DNA of 62,273 nucleotides, the filler included, from Globobulimina sp. (taxonomy: Eukaryota): NCBI GenBank assembly GCA_003354225.1. It is 25 parts of 25 records of this genome, joined end to end, with 100 filler letters (N's around TTAATTAATTAA, not from the genome) between each part and the next. Parts side by side here need not be neighbours in the genome. Positions count along the whole stretch, not along the records: positions 1 to 2,397 come from PIVH01006921.1; positions 2,498 to 4,894 come from PIVH01006922.1; positions 4,995 to 7,391 come from PIVH01006923.1; positions 7,492 to 9,887 come from PIVH01006924.1; positions 9,988 to 12,383 come from PIVH01006925.1; positions 12,484 to 14,879 come from PIVH01006926.1; 19 more parts are not named here. One strand, given 5' to 3'. Shown here in pieces: positions 1 to 13,248 of the stretch. The notes beneath the pieces were generated by a model, which worked only from the letters and a program-made list of their open reading frames with translations, did not search any database and was not told the origin of the DNA. Each line of letters begins with the position of its first letter. Within the stretch, counting starts at the first letter, position 1. The position numbers and the translations under genes are program-made.

Positions 1-263
1 TGAATGGAATTAATACGGATTGATCTAAAATTGCTAATTCTTTGTTGATTTACTTTTGTGTGTGTTATATTGCTTTGTTTATTTTGGATCCAAATTAGTG
101 GATTAATTTGGTCCTATTTTGACTGCTTGAATCAGTCCTAATTTGTTTAGTATCTGGCGAAGACTTGCTGTTTTTTTCTAGTTTTTTTTTCCTTTCACTT
201 AACAATTCACATAATTAATCCCTTCGTTTCACGGTACAGCTTTAGAAAACATCTTTACATTGA

Positions 264-2397
264 ATGGAAACTCTAACATTTCATGGAGCAAATCTAGGCT
301 ATGAAGACAACACAAAAAAATCAGATCAAAAGCTATTTTGCGAAGTACAAGCCATTGTATTGGCACATTACTCGACTTACGACATTCATCCCTTATTACA
401 ACGCGACAACACAGGCAAAGAGAAACCAAAATTCTTATTGCCATTCGGTAACAAACCAATAATAACATATCCATTACGTTTACTAGAAATCCACGGCTTC
501 ACCGACATCATCGTAGTTGTAACGGACTTATTCGCAGAAGATATGATAAATTTCCTCGCCACGTACAAACACTATGATGATGGCAGCGATTTGCATAATA
601 TTAAACCGGTCACAGTGAATGAAGAAGATTTGGGCGAAATACAAGTCCTAAAACAAATACACAAACACATTAAAACCGATTTCCTCGTCATTCGTTGTGA
701 TATCTTTACCAATGCGCCTTTACGTCAGTTATTAACCGTTCATCGCCGCGAAAATTCCTCCATTACTTTATTACTATCAAAGCAAATAAATCATCAAAAA
801 AACCTGAAAAAAGCCAAAAGAAAATGCAAAAACAGTCAGGTACACATTATCGGCACCGATCGCAAATATCATCAAAAATTGGTATTAAATGGACATCCAA
901 AAGGTACGCATTTCAATGATTTATCCTTGCGCTCCATCGCAAATTATATAATATATAGAAATTGAGCGGTTATGGTATATGAAGGCAAGAGCAGATTTGG
1001 AAGACGATGATGATGAAAATCATAAAAACAAACACGATGCACCGCAATTGACATTGGATAAAAAGTTGTTGGATCACATTCCATCTCTTCGCTTTACCAC
1101 AAAATTTAAACTGCAACAAATTGGTATCTTTTGCAGGTGGATATTACTGTGGATTTTAGAGGATGCTCCAAAAGATTACGAATTGTTGTATGAGGAAGCT
1201 GTGCCTCATTTAATTGACATGCAAACGGAAATAAATACAGTTACATCCACGCAGGAAATTGATGATATTGAATCTGTTCATACCAATGAGAGCAACAAAG
1301 GTTTGCAAATTCATTATTATACATCGACCAAAATATGCGTTTTCATGGAAAAATATTTGAAAAACGTTAAAAACGCTTTTGTGATTTTTTTAGAAACGTT
1401 AAAAACATTGTTTTTTTGTGTATAGTTGGTTCAAGCTTTGATTTTCCGGATTTAATTTGTCGATCGTCGCAACCGACAGATATGGGCGAAAAGGAAAGGA
1501 AAAGTGCGAAATTGCCGTACAAAACGCAAAAACAATCAAGTCATTATGCGTCAGGATTATTTTTGTCGCATGGCGATGTTTTAGGCAATGATTATCTCAA
1601 TGTGTCAAATAGTTCGTTGCCGCGTGTATTGATGATGAAGACCTTCGATGATGGCAATATTAAAACTTTTGATGATGCAAAATCAGACATCACTCAAATA
1701 TCAATGTCGGCGGTCAGCACAATTGTAAATGCACCGGTTACGCCCAAGGAAAATACAAACGAAATGGATCAAGAAATTGTAGCAACGCAAACTGTGCCAT
1801 TAGCAAAGAAATCAAATCCATTAAATCAACACATTGACACATTGCCAAGTCCGGAACGGTTAGCCTTTGTCGATGATGATTTGCCTAAAATCACTCAGCA
1901 ATTCTTAGCAAAACAGGTATCAATGTTTTATAGCTGAAAAGGATCGTTTTTTTTACTGTTTTTTATATGCAGCAAAGTCAATATATGGGTCATGACAATG
2001 CGGATAAATTAAAAGTATTTGGATATGTACACAATGAGGACAATAATAATGGATTATTTTCGTGTATTATTAATAGTTCCGATTGTTTTTTATCGCTAAG
2101 TATGAGTTTGATAAATTCGGTAATAAAATTTGAGCAGAAACAAGAACAGAAACAGAGGTTCGGCGAAGGACAAAATAATCGAAGAAGGAAAATAAAGAAA
2201 TTTAAGCAAAATCATATTGATAATGAAGAGCGCGAGGAATATATTGCAATGCGGGAGTTTGAAGAGAATGGTTTATTGCATTTAATATTAGGCTGTAATG
2301 CGATAAATGACTGTCGTGAACAGAATGGTTCCTCAATGATCAAAAATGGATGTATCATCTCAGCAAATTGCATGATTGGCGAAAAAACCAGAATCGA
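264..2397 (+). CDS. EIF2B3: Translation initiation factor eIF2B gamma-like subunit (multi-exon, 3' truncated)
   Basis: N-terminal nucleotidyltransferase-like motifs (QAIVLA...PKFLLPFGNKPIITYPLRLLE...GF; DFLVIRCD). A hexapeptide beta-helix starts at the contig end (GCIISANCMIGEKTRI). ORF pieces are separated by GT-AG introns. Confidence 0.75.
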
Positions 2398-2497
2398 NNN
2401 NNNNNNNNNNNNNNNNNNNNNNNNNNNNNNNNNNNNNNNNNTTAATTAATTAANNNNNNNNNNNNNNNNNNNNNNNNNNNNNNNNNNNNNNNNNNNN
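2398..2497. other. Artificial contig spacer N44-TTAATTAATTAA-N44 (first of 24 identical spacers)
   Basis: The same 100-bp block, with stops in all six frames, recurs about every 2.5 kb. Flanking contigs fall monotonically from 2397 to 2393 bp. Confidence 0.98.
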
Positions 2498-3774
2498 ATT
2501 AATTTGTGCTTCATTCAATAACTCATCCAACAATAATTTTAATTCATTAACATCGTCATATATATTATCCGAATCATCAAAACTTTCATCAGTTTGATTG
2601 CGAGTAACCCGCATAATTAACTTGGGCAATGTTGACCAAATTTGTGCCTTTGAATGCGGAATGGAACATAACGCAATTAACGTATCAATAAATTGCGTGA
2701 TTTGTTGCTGATTGACCGCTTTCATAAACAGATAATTGATTAATTCCTTTGGATCATCCAAATCAATGCCATTCCACAACATTTGATTATGATCTTCTTG
2801 CTCCATCTCACCATACATACGTAATTGTTGATCAATACCTTGCAACAAAGGATCGTTTAATTCGCGGCAGTCACTCTCAAACATTCGTGTACGTGAAATA
2901 TCCTTCGCGTCCATCACTGATTGCAAATATTTGCGCATATTCATTGATTCAAATTCAGGTTTCACATTTCCTGAAAGTAAATCATTTTTTGTCACACTGG
3001 GACAATATCCCATAATTGATTCAAAATATTTTGAAAGCCTAATTCAGTTAAATACCTTCTGGCGTCCACTCTTGTTCGTAACTCTGGGGAGAGATTTAAA
3101 ACGACATTAATAAATTTTAACGCATCGCGTCGAAAATATAAATCATTTTCGGAGAACATTTTACTGACAAATTCGTCAAAAATAGAGGATGCATTGTGTC
3201 GATCACCATAACTATACAAGGCAACGATTACTATTTCGAATGAGTTCTGATTGAATAAACATATGGTGGTTAATAATTGCAATACATTGCTCATTATTTG
3301 TTTGTCAGACGATTCAAACATGTCTGTTATGCATTGTATTGTGTGAGAATGCGATAAAACCAAATCAAAGCCTATATTCTCGAAATTCAAAATTGTATCG
3401 AATATTAATAATAAGCTTTCTAAGATTTCAGATCGATTAAAATGTATTGCTGCCAATGCACATAAATTTGTTAAACCGTCATTGTCTACAAAATCAATCA
3501 GAAATGTATCGGGAGACAGATATATTATTTCATTGATTTTTTGTAAATGCTGACATGAGATAATTGTTGAATTATCAAATATATATTGAGATATTCCTGT
3601 TGCATTGTTAGAGTCTGATAATGATCGCAATTTTCTCAATTCTTTTAATAATTCAATTTCAGACGATATTTCCATGGCGTCTACACCTATAACGCTACAA
3701 GATCGATGGCGTGCAATTACTCCAACGTCGGTAGATAATCTATGTCGAGTTGATGTGAAAAGTTGATCGTCCAT
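2498..3774 (-). CDS. Diaphanous-type formin, N-terminal GBD/FH3 region (3' truncated; apparent frameshift near 3000)
   Basis: FLIDFVDNDGLTNL, VLQLLTTICL, ALKFINVVLN...ELRTRVDARRYLTELGF, IDLDDPKELINYL and LIALCSIP match armadillo GBD/FH3 motifs. ORFs 2992-3774 and 2450-3013 overlap out of frame with no convincing intron. Confidence 0.7.
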
Positions 3775-3920
3775 TGTTTTCTGCGAAATGTGAAAACTGG
3801 TTAAAAAAAAGCTGAGCGTTCAAGTTTAACGTTTAGCAAAATCGAAAGGAAGGAAACAATTTCAAACACACTTATCCTTGCACATCTAATAAATATGACA
3901 AAATGACATTTATATTCATT

Positions 3921-4894
3921 TTATTGATTATTGTTATTTGCGTTATTGTTGTTGGCATTATTGTTGGCATTATTGTTGTTAGCATTTGGTGCAAAGAATT
4001 GGTTAAAAAACAGATTAAATCCTGGCATGCCATTATTATTATTGTTGTTGTTGCCGCTATTATTATTTTGCGCGCTTTCTCGTGCATTTTCCATTTGGTC
4101 ATAAAAGGCATTGTCACTTGGTAGCCGATGGCGACACGTCGGGCACGTATTCCTTCTCAGCAACCATGGCATGATACAGTCTGTCAAACACATTCAAAAT
4201 GACACATAGCACAGCATTAGAAATTACAAAAACACACCTTTATGATACCTATGATTACATGGCAATTCTTTTAATATCTCCCCTTTGCAAAATTTATCTT
4301 TACAAATGGCGCATTCTCGATTCTTTGCATCAATCTCCTCATTCTCATCTTGTTTACTTTCATGTTCTTCTTTCACTTCATTCCCTTGTATAATATCCTC
4401 AATATTCCCTTCATCCGTCACCATTTGTATTAAATCGTTATCTTTGTCTTCATTTGAACTGTTTGTGTTGGCATCATTTGACTCATTGGCCTCATGTCCA
4501 TCATATTGATATTCAGGCAAATGAGAGATTGTGTTGTTGCTCGCAGGCGGCGGTCCGTTATAAGACGGTGCGACCATTTGTTGAATCATATTATTAAATC
4601 CTTGGCCTACACCACCACCGCCACTCATATTATTCATATTGAACATCATATTCATTCCTTGGGAAAGTCCTTGGTTTAAACCTTGATTTATTCGAATTCT
4701 CTGTTGTTGCACATTATTATTATTATTATTATTCAGATTGCTTGCAATGTTTTGGAAGGATTGGTTTATAATTTGCCCAATGTTTGGCATGTTTGCTGCA
4801 TTGTTATTCATATTTGCTCCAAAATTGACTTGTATTGGTTGTCCGTAGGCATTGCTATTGTTGCTAAAATAGAAAAACTGGCCGTTTGCATTTC
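3921..4894 (-). CDS. RING-H2 E3 ubiquitin ligase (RNF115/126/181-like), Asn/Gln-rich, 5' truncated
   Basis: Spliced motif CAICKDKF...ELPCNHRYHK|DCIMPWLLRRNTCPTCRHRLP, preceded by GPPPAS...ISHLP. Confidence 0.85.
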
Positions 4895-5646
4895 NNNNNN
4901 NNNNNNNNNNNNNNNNNNNNNNNNNNNNNNNNNNNNNNTTAATTAATTAANNNNNNNNNNNNNNNNNNNNNNNNNNNNNNNNNNNNNNNNNNNNTGTGAA
5001 CAGTTCAAAAAGAAATAAATATCAAATGAAAATTGCGGCATTTATGCGCAAATACGAACTTAATTAAATAAAAATAAATATGTTTTATAACAAACACCTT
5101 CACCTCATCCTCTTTCAACATCATCACTTCCTTGAGCAGTACCAACGACCGCACCTTGTAATTTTTGTACCTTTGATAAATATTGCATATCATCTTATTC
5201 ATTGATTGTATCCGAAATCCATCCAGACTCAACATTTTATATTTCCATATGTTTCAAATCTGGGAAACATACCATCCACATCTTTCCAATTGACATCGAT
5301 ACATACATTCATTCTGTATTTCTACCAAGCAATCTCAACTTTGCAATACATTAATGCTGCTGGATTCAGCTTGAGTTAGTAAGTAAAAACAACTACTTTT
5401 TAAAAATCAACATCACGATGGCATTTGCGATGGCATTTTGGATTTATGTACAAAATTCAAACGCATCTATGTCATGGAATTTCCTGCGATAATAGCTGAA
5501 CGTTTGGAAGGTCAAACAAATGGTATTAAAGAACACAAAACAGATATCAAAAGTCAAAATCCAGCAATATGAAATTCACGGACGAATCCATCAAATATCA
5601 ATCTCAGGTCGCTCGGATATCCTTTCTCAACGCAATGTGGGGATAG

Positions 5647-6285
5647 CAATCAAAGATAGCAATGACAATGAATTTGTATTGTATGAGTCTGCTGCAATAA
5701 TGGCATATTTGTGCAGTTTAAATAATTGGAATGATTTGTACCCAGCAACTGAGAATTTGCAAAGACGTGCAATGATTGTTACTTTATTCATTTATATTTA
5801 GTTTATATATGGAGACAAAATATGAATTTTGTGTTTAGGATCAATATCTTTATTGGCACCACGAGAACACACGAGCCATATCCGCAGGTTTTATAAGACC
5901 TTTATTGCAAAGTTCATTTAGGAACATTAGTGAGTGGGATCCCAATTTGTTGGCCAAAGACAGGAAAACTGCACTAAATGCATTGCATATTATTGATAAA
6001 AACAGATTAAGTCAACACAAATTTATTGTTGATGATGAGTTATCAGTGGCAGATATAGCATGTTACGAAGAAATATTACAGTTAAAAATATGGCCTTTTG
6101 TAGTAAATAAAGATAAAATTGATACGGAGAAAGAGTTTCCAAATATATACTCGTGGATGGATAGAATGAGTTTATTGGAGGGACATGAAGAGGCACATCG
6201 GATCATGCCCAAGTTAACACAATGGATGATGGACACACTCCAAACATATCAGTCCTTATACTCAAAAGTTGACAGTATTATGTAG
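5647..6285 (+). CDS. Glutathione S-transferase, theta-like (5' exons not resolved)
   Basis: AIKD...FVLYESAAIMAYL, LYP...RRAMI|DQYLYWHH, FIVDDELSVADIACYEEILQ and FPNIYSWMDRM. Confidence 0.8.
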
Positions 6286-6438
6286 CCCTTTTTCAAATTT
6301 CAACTCACGTGGTGTTACAGCCACAAAGTCTTTGTGCTAGAGTTGATATTCAATTTTATAGTTTTTTCCAAACAAACTTTTCTAAAAAGAGAATTCTGAC
6401 TTTTATTGCGGTCAGACGAATTAAATAAAAACGCGAAT

Positions 6439-7391
6439 ATGTCAGAAGTGACAACTGTTGGAGATACAGTGCGTACGCGTCCATGTTTTCTTTTTTATAC
6501 AAAAATCACAACATTGAAATTAAATCTAGGTAAAATTAAAGAAAGATAACCTTGTTGGCGTAGTGCGATTCGTTGGGGAGATTCAAAGAAAAAAGGGTAT
6601 ATTTTTTGGCATTGAATTAGGTATATTTATAGCGCTGTGTTTATTAGCTGGCATACAGTGCGTGCACGTCCATGTTTTCTTGTTTATACAAAAATCACAA
6701 CATTGAAATTAAATCTAGGTAAAATTAAAGAAAGATAACCTTGTTGGAGTAGTGCGATTCGTTGGGGAGATTCAAAGAAAAAAGGGTATATTTTTTGGCA
6801 TTGAATTAGGTATATTTATAGCGCTATCTTTATTAGCAATACATTTGTATATTATATGTAGATGATGCTAAAGGAAAGAATAACGGCACTGTGGGTAAAG
6901 TGGCATACTTTAAATGCAAAAAAATGAAAGGCATATTTATCAAAGATACCCAAATCGCTAAAACCAATACAAAAAACAATAAGGATGCCCTTCGTGTGAC
7001 TGTAGGTGATACCGTAAAATGTAGAAAACAAAAATGTAACGGCAAGATAAGATTTATTGGCACCCCTTATAGCGTAAAAAAAGAGGGTATTTTTTACGGT
7101 GTTCAATTAGATAAACCAAATGGGAAAAATAATGGTACGGTGAAAGGTCGTTGGTATTTCACCACCAAACCCAAACACGGCGCATTTGTCACCGCCGGTG
7201 GTATCAGTTTGATATCGGAGGAGAAGAAAGACGCGGAGCCAGAGCCCAAAAAAATGAGTTATTCAATTTGCCAAAGGCTTGGGTTGCGGTTAATAATTCA
7301 ACCAAAATATCACCAGTATTTGGGTCAGATGCAAGAGTGTCATTTGTTAAATTTGACCAGAAACAGCGATGCAGGAAATCAATTCATTCAA
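6439..7391 (+). CDS. Tandem CAP-Gly domain protein (3' truncated)
   Basis: Two CAP-Gly domains: VGDT|VKL...GVVRFVG...GIFFGIEL|DDAKGKNNGTV..YFKC and VGDTV...GKIRFIG...FYGVQLDKPNGKNNGTVKGRWYF. Confidence 0.85.
6464..6837 (+). repeat. Tandem duplication, period 189 bp, spanning intron 1, exon 2 and the start of intron 2 of the CAP-Gly gene
   Basis: 6464-6648 and 6653-6837 are nearly identical, with a few substitutions. Confidence 0.9.
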
Positions 7392-7502
7392 NNNNNNNNN
7401 NNNNNNNNNNNNNNNNNNNNNNNNNNNNNNNNNNNTTAATTAATTAANNNNNNNNNNNNNNNNNNNNNNNNNNNNNNNNNNNNNNNNNNNNTAATCTTAA
7501 AA

Positions 7503-8620
7503 TTACCTTTTAGCAGTTGTTATTTTTTGCATTGCTCTTCCTTTATCCTTAATACTCTGTAAATACAGTATCATTCCGAATACATAAACACAAAATTTTT
7601 CTTTTGACGCAAAGGTAATTGCGTTTGTTAATGATGCTTGAATTAATTTTGGACCTAAACCTGAATACAATCCAAATATTCCTTTTTCTTTCATTGTTGA
7701 ATCAAATATGTCAGTCATTGATCGTTTTTTTTTTATTTTAATTTCACCGTTAAATGACACTCTCTTTTTTGTTATCATACCATTCATTGGTTTGTTGTTA
7801 TGATCATGAACATGAAGATGATCCTCATCATTTGGTCCAGCCTACACATCAGATATTGTATATTGTACAATATATATATATATATATATTACATAACTTG
7901 CAGATTAATTTTGATGCGAACCAATGGATAGCATATTATGGTGGCAATAGATTTTGATAAGGCTCCAGCAAAGAAATCAATGTAAACAGAGGTATGACCC
8001 AATCGTGTGGTTAAATAGCTCCTTATTCTGGCATAAAATATTTGTACAAAGGCAGGATTAATGACTAACATAATGGACGCTTTCATGCCGGACCAAAAGC
8101 CGGTTATTCCATGTTGCTCATAAACAGCAGACATAATATGTGTGACAGAGGAGTTGGCATTGAGAGCAGCGGTCTGTTTGCGAACATGTATAACTTTCAA
8201 AGGTGTGGTAAATATTTGTGTTAATACTCCAGCGATGGAGCCTCGAATCAGTGCGGTTAACCATGGCATTTCGGCCTGTTTAAGTGTGGAATATTTCCGT
8301 TGCCAGTCCGATTTTAATAGTTGATAAAAGAAAAAATAAACTCCATTAAATGAGAATTGTTGGAAGACGCCAAATGAGAGACCACGATAAATATCCAATA
8401 TATTATCAATACGGAAGTGAATGAAATCATCCATTATTGTTTTAAATGTTAATATACGTGATTGGGATTGAACTGCTTTGCGTACTTTAATTTGATCCAA
8501 TGGGTACACTACGCATAATGCAAATGCGCCTGCCGTTGCTCCTGCTAATGAATGACCAAAAGCTTCAAATGTTGGATTTTTAATTTTGTTTGTTAGTTTG
8601 CTGAGTTCTGTCAACGACAT
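7503..8620 (-). CDS. Mitochondrial-carrier-family protein, peroxisomal PMP34/ANT1 (SLC25A17)-like
   Basis: Three carrier repeats (YPLDQIKVR, TPLKVIHVR, YPLVRIKINLQ), GITGFWSG..ASIMLVINPA and GIFGLYSGLGPKLIQASLTNA; one intron. Confidence 0.8.
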
Positions 8621-8666
8621 GCTTCCAAGTTTTAGGTTTTCCTATCCTTGCACTTTAACTTGAAAA

Positions 8667-9887
8667 CTACGAATTCAATTTATTATCTAACAATGTTTCA
8701 ACTGATATCTGAATTTCTTGAATGTCTCTGTCATTATCGAATATTTCAACACATAATTCTTTAGTTTCCTTTTCAATAAATACATTTTGACATAACTTCT
8801 TTTTATGGATTATCTCATCATCTCTCGTAATCTCTATATCATACATAGCTGACCACGCAGCTGAAGACAAATGCAATTTGCTTTCCTTCTTATTTCTAAT
8901 GTATAAAAACGTATTATTATTATCCGTAGCATCAACACAGACATTTAATGCATCATTGCAGGACAATTCACTTTCAATCTCATGTTTATTCCAAATCCAT
9001 ACAGAGGTTTTATAATATTTATCATGTTTCTCTCCAAACAATTTATATTTTACAATATTATAATTATAATCCAAACTAATCGATCCATCAAAATAATAAT
9101 ATGTCACACATACATGTACATATACATCCATATCCATATCCATATCCATATCCATATCAATACATTTCTCGATTATTTTATATTCACGATCATCATCAAT
9201 AAGTCTTCTTTTATCTGCCTCTCCTTTATGGCTTATTATATGTAAAGTATTTGTACCCAATCCACCCATTCCTCCCATTCCCATTCCTCCCATTCCCATC
9301 CCACCCATTCGATGCATCCGTGACCTGTACATTAATGGCGTCATACCGCCCATAGGCCCCATTATTGCAGGGCCGCCCGTATAAATATAGCCTGGGTATT
9401 TTTTATTGCCGCAACGATCACATCTCTTAAAATTATATCTTCTCCTTCTTCTTCTTCTTCTTGGTCTTGTTGGCATTGGTGGCCCTAAAACAAAACAAAA
9501 ACACAAAAACAGTCATATAGTGATATATAGTGATATATAGTTATAGTGATATAGTGATATATAGTGATATACCGATAATTTGTGGTGGTCCCAAAACCGT
9601 TGTACATAATGCATTGAAACAGCCATAACTAAATGGACCAGAAAATGCAAGTCTTTGTCTTCTTCTTTTTCTTTTTCTTTTTCTTAATCTTCTTCGGTTT
9701 TGTTTATTATTTGAATTTTTCTTTGAATCGATAATATTAACTTTTGTCCATTGATCATCATTTAAAAAATCAAACATTAGCTCATTGTAAAAAAGTTGAA
9801 ATGATGGTTGATTTGGAACTGTATTAATACATAAATACGGTATTCTAATCGTAAATGAAATTATATCATTACTTTGTGTGTTTGTCA
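8667..9887 (-). CDS. Hypothetical multi-exon protein with Arg-rich and Gly/Met-rich low-complexity segments
   Basis: ORFs 9541-9777 and 8667-9506 are separated by an intron containing AGTGATATAT tandem units. No family recognised. Confidence 0.4.
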
Positions 9888-9987
9888 NNNNNNNNNNNNN
9901 NNNNNNNNNNNNNNNNNNNNNNNNNNNNNNNTTAATTAATTAANNNNNNNNNNNNNNNNNNNNNNNNNNNNNNNNNNNNNNNNNNNN

Positions 9988-11395
9988 AATAGAGATAAAA
10001 AGAATTGGTTTTGTGTCATATATATATCCAATACATAATATAATTTGATAAATGTGTGTTTGTTGAATTATATACATACAGTAAAATGGCAGCAAAACTT
10101 GATCCTAACTATGCAAAAGCATATATTCGGCAAGGATTTGCAGAATATAAATTAGGGAATTATCAGTTTTTTGTCTATTTTTTTGTAAACATATATATAA
10201 TGAAACATAATAAACATTTTTAAGAAATGCGCACGACGCATATTCAAAAGCATTAAAACTTATCAATCCCACACATAAAGAATATAAAATATATATGGAA
10301 GAACTGGATAAATGTAAAAAGAGATTGGACGAAAATAACCATAGTGAACAAAGTGGCGAAGCATTAGGTACAGACTGTAAAAAGAAGACATATAAATATA
10401 TATATAACCTTTCTCCAGAGACGGTATCATCGGAAAAGAAAATTAAATGTAATTTTTGCTCCAAATTATTTCGGTCAATGTATGGCTTAGAAAGTCATCA
10501 TATTAATATACATACTCCAGCGGAGCAGAAACCATTTCAATGTCCTCACTGTTCGCATGGTACAGCTTCCAGACAATGTTTAGTAATTATTTTATATATA
10601 TGCAGTATACGTATATTATAATGAAATGCGAATAAGATCTTTTGAGATATGATAAAATATATTTCATAACAGCTTTTCATAATATATATATTCGAATTTA
10701 TTGTACAAACTTAAAATAAAATAAATGAATTTTAAAGAAATTTATTACTTATAATTATTCTTTGTATAGCGCTGCGAAAACATATTGAAACCCATAAAGA
10801 TGATCATATGAAACGATTTAAATGCAGTCAATGCGACCAAGCCTTCAAAATGAAAGGAAATTTAACAAATCATTTAAAAATGCACCATGGAAAGATTGTA
10901 AATAATTTATATAAATGCAATATTTGTAATCTCGAATTTGCTGAAAAAGAGAATTTAGAACGTCATGTTAAAACTGCTCATTCATTTAAATGTAAATATT
11001 GTTCATTTATTGCGAGATCAAAAATCAATTTGGAAAAACATGAAAAAATACATTCCGATAAAAAAGTTTTGAAATGTAATGTTTGTTCGAAAACATTTAA
11101 ACAACAAAGTTCGTTAAAGAATCATATTATCAATACACATACAAAGAATGATGAGAAACCATTTAAGTATGTTTTGTTATCTGTTTTGTTGCATATATCA
11201 AATATATATAGAGTTTGGTTTTTTTGTTGTTGAATATTTAGATGTTCAGAATGTAATTATTTCTCAGCAACAAAACAAGGATTAAAACAACATGAATTAA
11301 TCCATCAGTCAGAAAAACCATTGCATTGTGATGTATGTTATAAAAGGTTCAGACATGCCAGTAATTTGGCAAAGCATTTATTAAGTCATCCATAA
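9988..11395 (+). CDS. TPR-repeat plus multiple C2H2 zinc-finger protein (5' truncated)
   Basis: Spliced TPR LDPNYAKAYIRQGFAEYKLGNYQ|NAHDAYSKALKL, followed by about 8 CxxC-x12-HxxxH fingers with EKPF-type linkers. Confidence 0.8.
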
Positions 11396-11627
11396 CTGAT
11401 ACAATATAATTTATTGTTTAATAAAATATCTTGTTCAAAATAAACTTATTCTTAACTTATTATTATTATTGTAAATAGAAACAATATTCTTATGTATTGT
11501 GTGTGTGTTTAAATAACTTTTTATTCATTTCAGACAATTCAGAGGATGTTACAAGTTACAACACACAATATGTACAAAAAGATTTTTTGTGTAGAAAACT
11601 GCTAGCTTCCATCTGTACGTCTTAAAA

Positions 11628-12383
11628 TTGATGAAATCTTTCCGTTCACGAAACTCAACTAAAATAACAACAAAACATATTGGCAAATATTCAGCAGACA
11701 CCAAAGTTGGAGACATATCCAATATTATCTTTGAATCACCAAATATCGTTCATATTGAATTAGGTACGCCGTTAGAATTAAACACCAACCAAACTCAAAC
11801 TCAAAGCGATTTAAACATCATCCGAATGAATTCACCACCTCCACCCATACAATTATCATCTTCTATTAATTCATCCTATGATCCCTCCGAATCAGCAACG
11901 CCAACCATACCAAATCACACCGACAGCAAACAAGTTCTCCAGCACTCCCAACATAAAAAAGCTGCCATATTTGAATGGCAGATAAGCGGAAACGATTTAG
12001 AAGCATTTAAAAAATGTGCACACGAAAAATCTGTCTCAAGTCAACAATTCAAACATGGCGATGTGTTATGGAAATTAGAATGTTATCCCAACGGATATTT
12101 TGGTGATGATTTGAACAAAATTAAACTGTATTTAACGTCCTGTTTAATACCAAATAATATCAGCAAAATAGTGTGTTGTTTTACTTTATTTTGCGCAGAA
12201 ACAGAAACACGTTACGTCGGTACGGACGCATTTACATACAATCAATGCCAATGTCAATGGAACGATGATATGTTGCGTTTGGATGATATCATACAATTAA
12301 ATGGCGACAAAATCACATTTTTCTGCTGGATCGATATATTGCAAATACATTACGCGACATCGCCAAAACAGAAAAGATCATTC
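11628..12383 (+). CDS. MATH/TRAF-like domain protein (3' truncated)
   Basis: FEWQI...SSQQF...WKLECYPNG...KLYL...ITFFCWIDIL pattern. Confidence 0.6.
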
Positions 12384-13248
12384 NNNNNNNNNNNNNNNNN
12401 NNNNNNNNNNNNNNNNNNNNNNNNNNNTTAATTAATTAANNNNNNNNNNNNNNNNNNNNNNNNNNNNNNNNNNNNNNNNNNNNAAAATATCACACAAATT
12501 ATTAGCATCATCTTATTTTTATTCTTATTTTTAGTTTAATGAAGTTGTCAAACCGCAATAAGATAGATATATATTTATCTCATTTGCTTATTACAATTCA
12601 AATAATAACAAAGCTGATAATGTTTTGATACATGTAATGGTATTAAATGCATTGAGCAATTATCAAATGGATAATAATAATTAATTTTTATCAATTTTCA
12701 CTATTTTACCAGTTTAAAAATATTACCACACCAACAATTTTTCCTATTATATTAATTATTTTTAGTTTTACTATGTAAAGCAATTTATTTTTTTACTTTT
12801 TCTTTTTCTCTGTTTAACAAAATTGAATATAACAATGGATCAATTATATGTATTCTTAATATTAAGTTATGTTTTATTCCAATGTTTTTTCCAGTTTCTC
12901 TGTTTTTATTATTCTTTTTATCATTTGATTGGGATGCAAATTATTTAAACATTCTACAAATTTATGTCTGTTTTATATTTATTCTTTTCTATGTTTCTTA
13001 TACATTAAAATATTTACTTTTTTTATCCTATGGCTGTTTGAATTGTTTGATTTGTATACAACAACTATGTGTTATTATATGTGTGTGCTACACTCACATA
13101 TTTAATAAATCCCCTGTGGATAAGTAGTAACGTGAATTATTGTATGTGTATTTAATTAAATTAAAACCCTTGCAGTCATAGGCCAATATAGGCCTGGAAC
13201 ATCGAAAAAAAAATACAGCAGAATGTCGCAAATGAACAACAACAAATA

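Noticed and set aside
9516-9570. AGTGATATAT tandem units (and GATAT units near 17190-17220) as functional arrays
   Set aside because: Short intronic micro/minisatellites without spacers.
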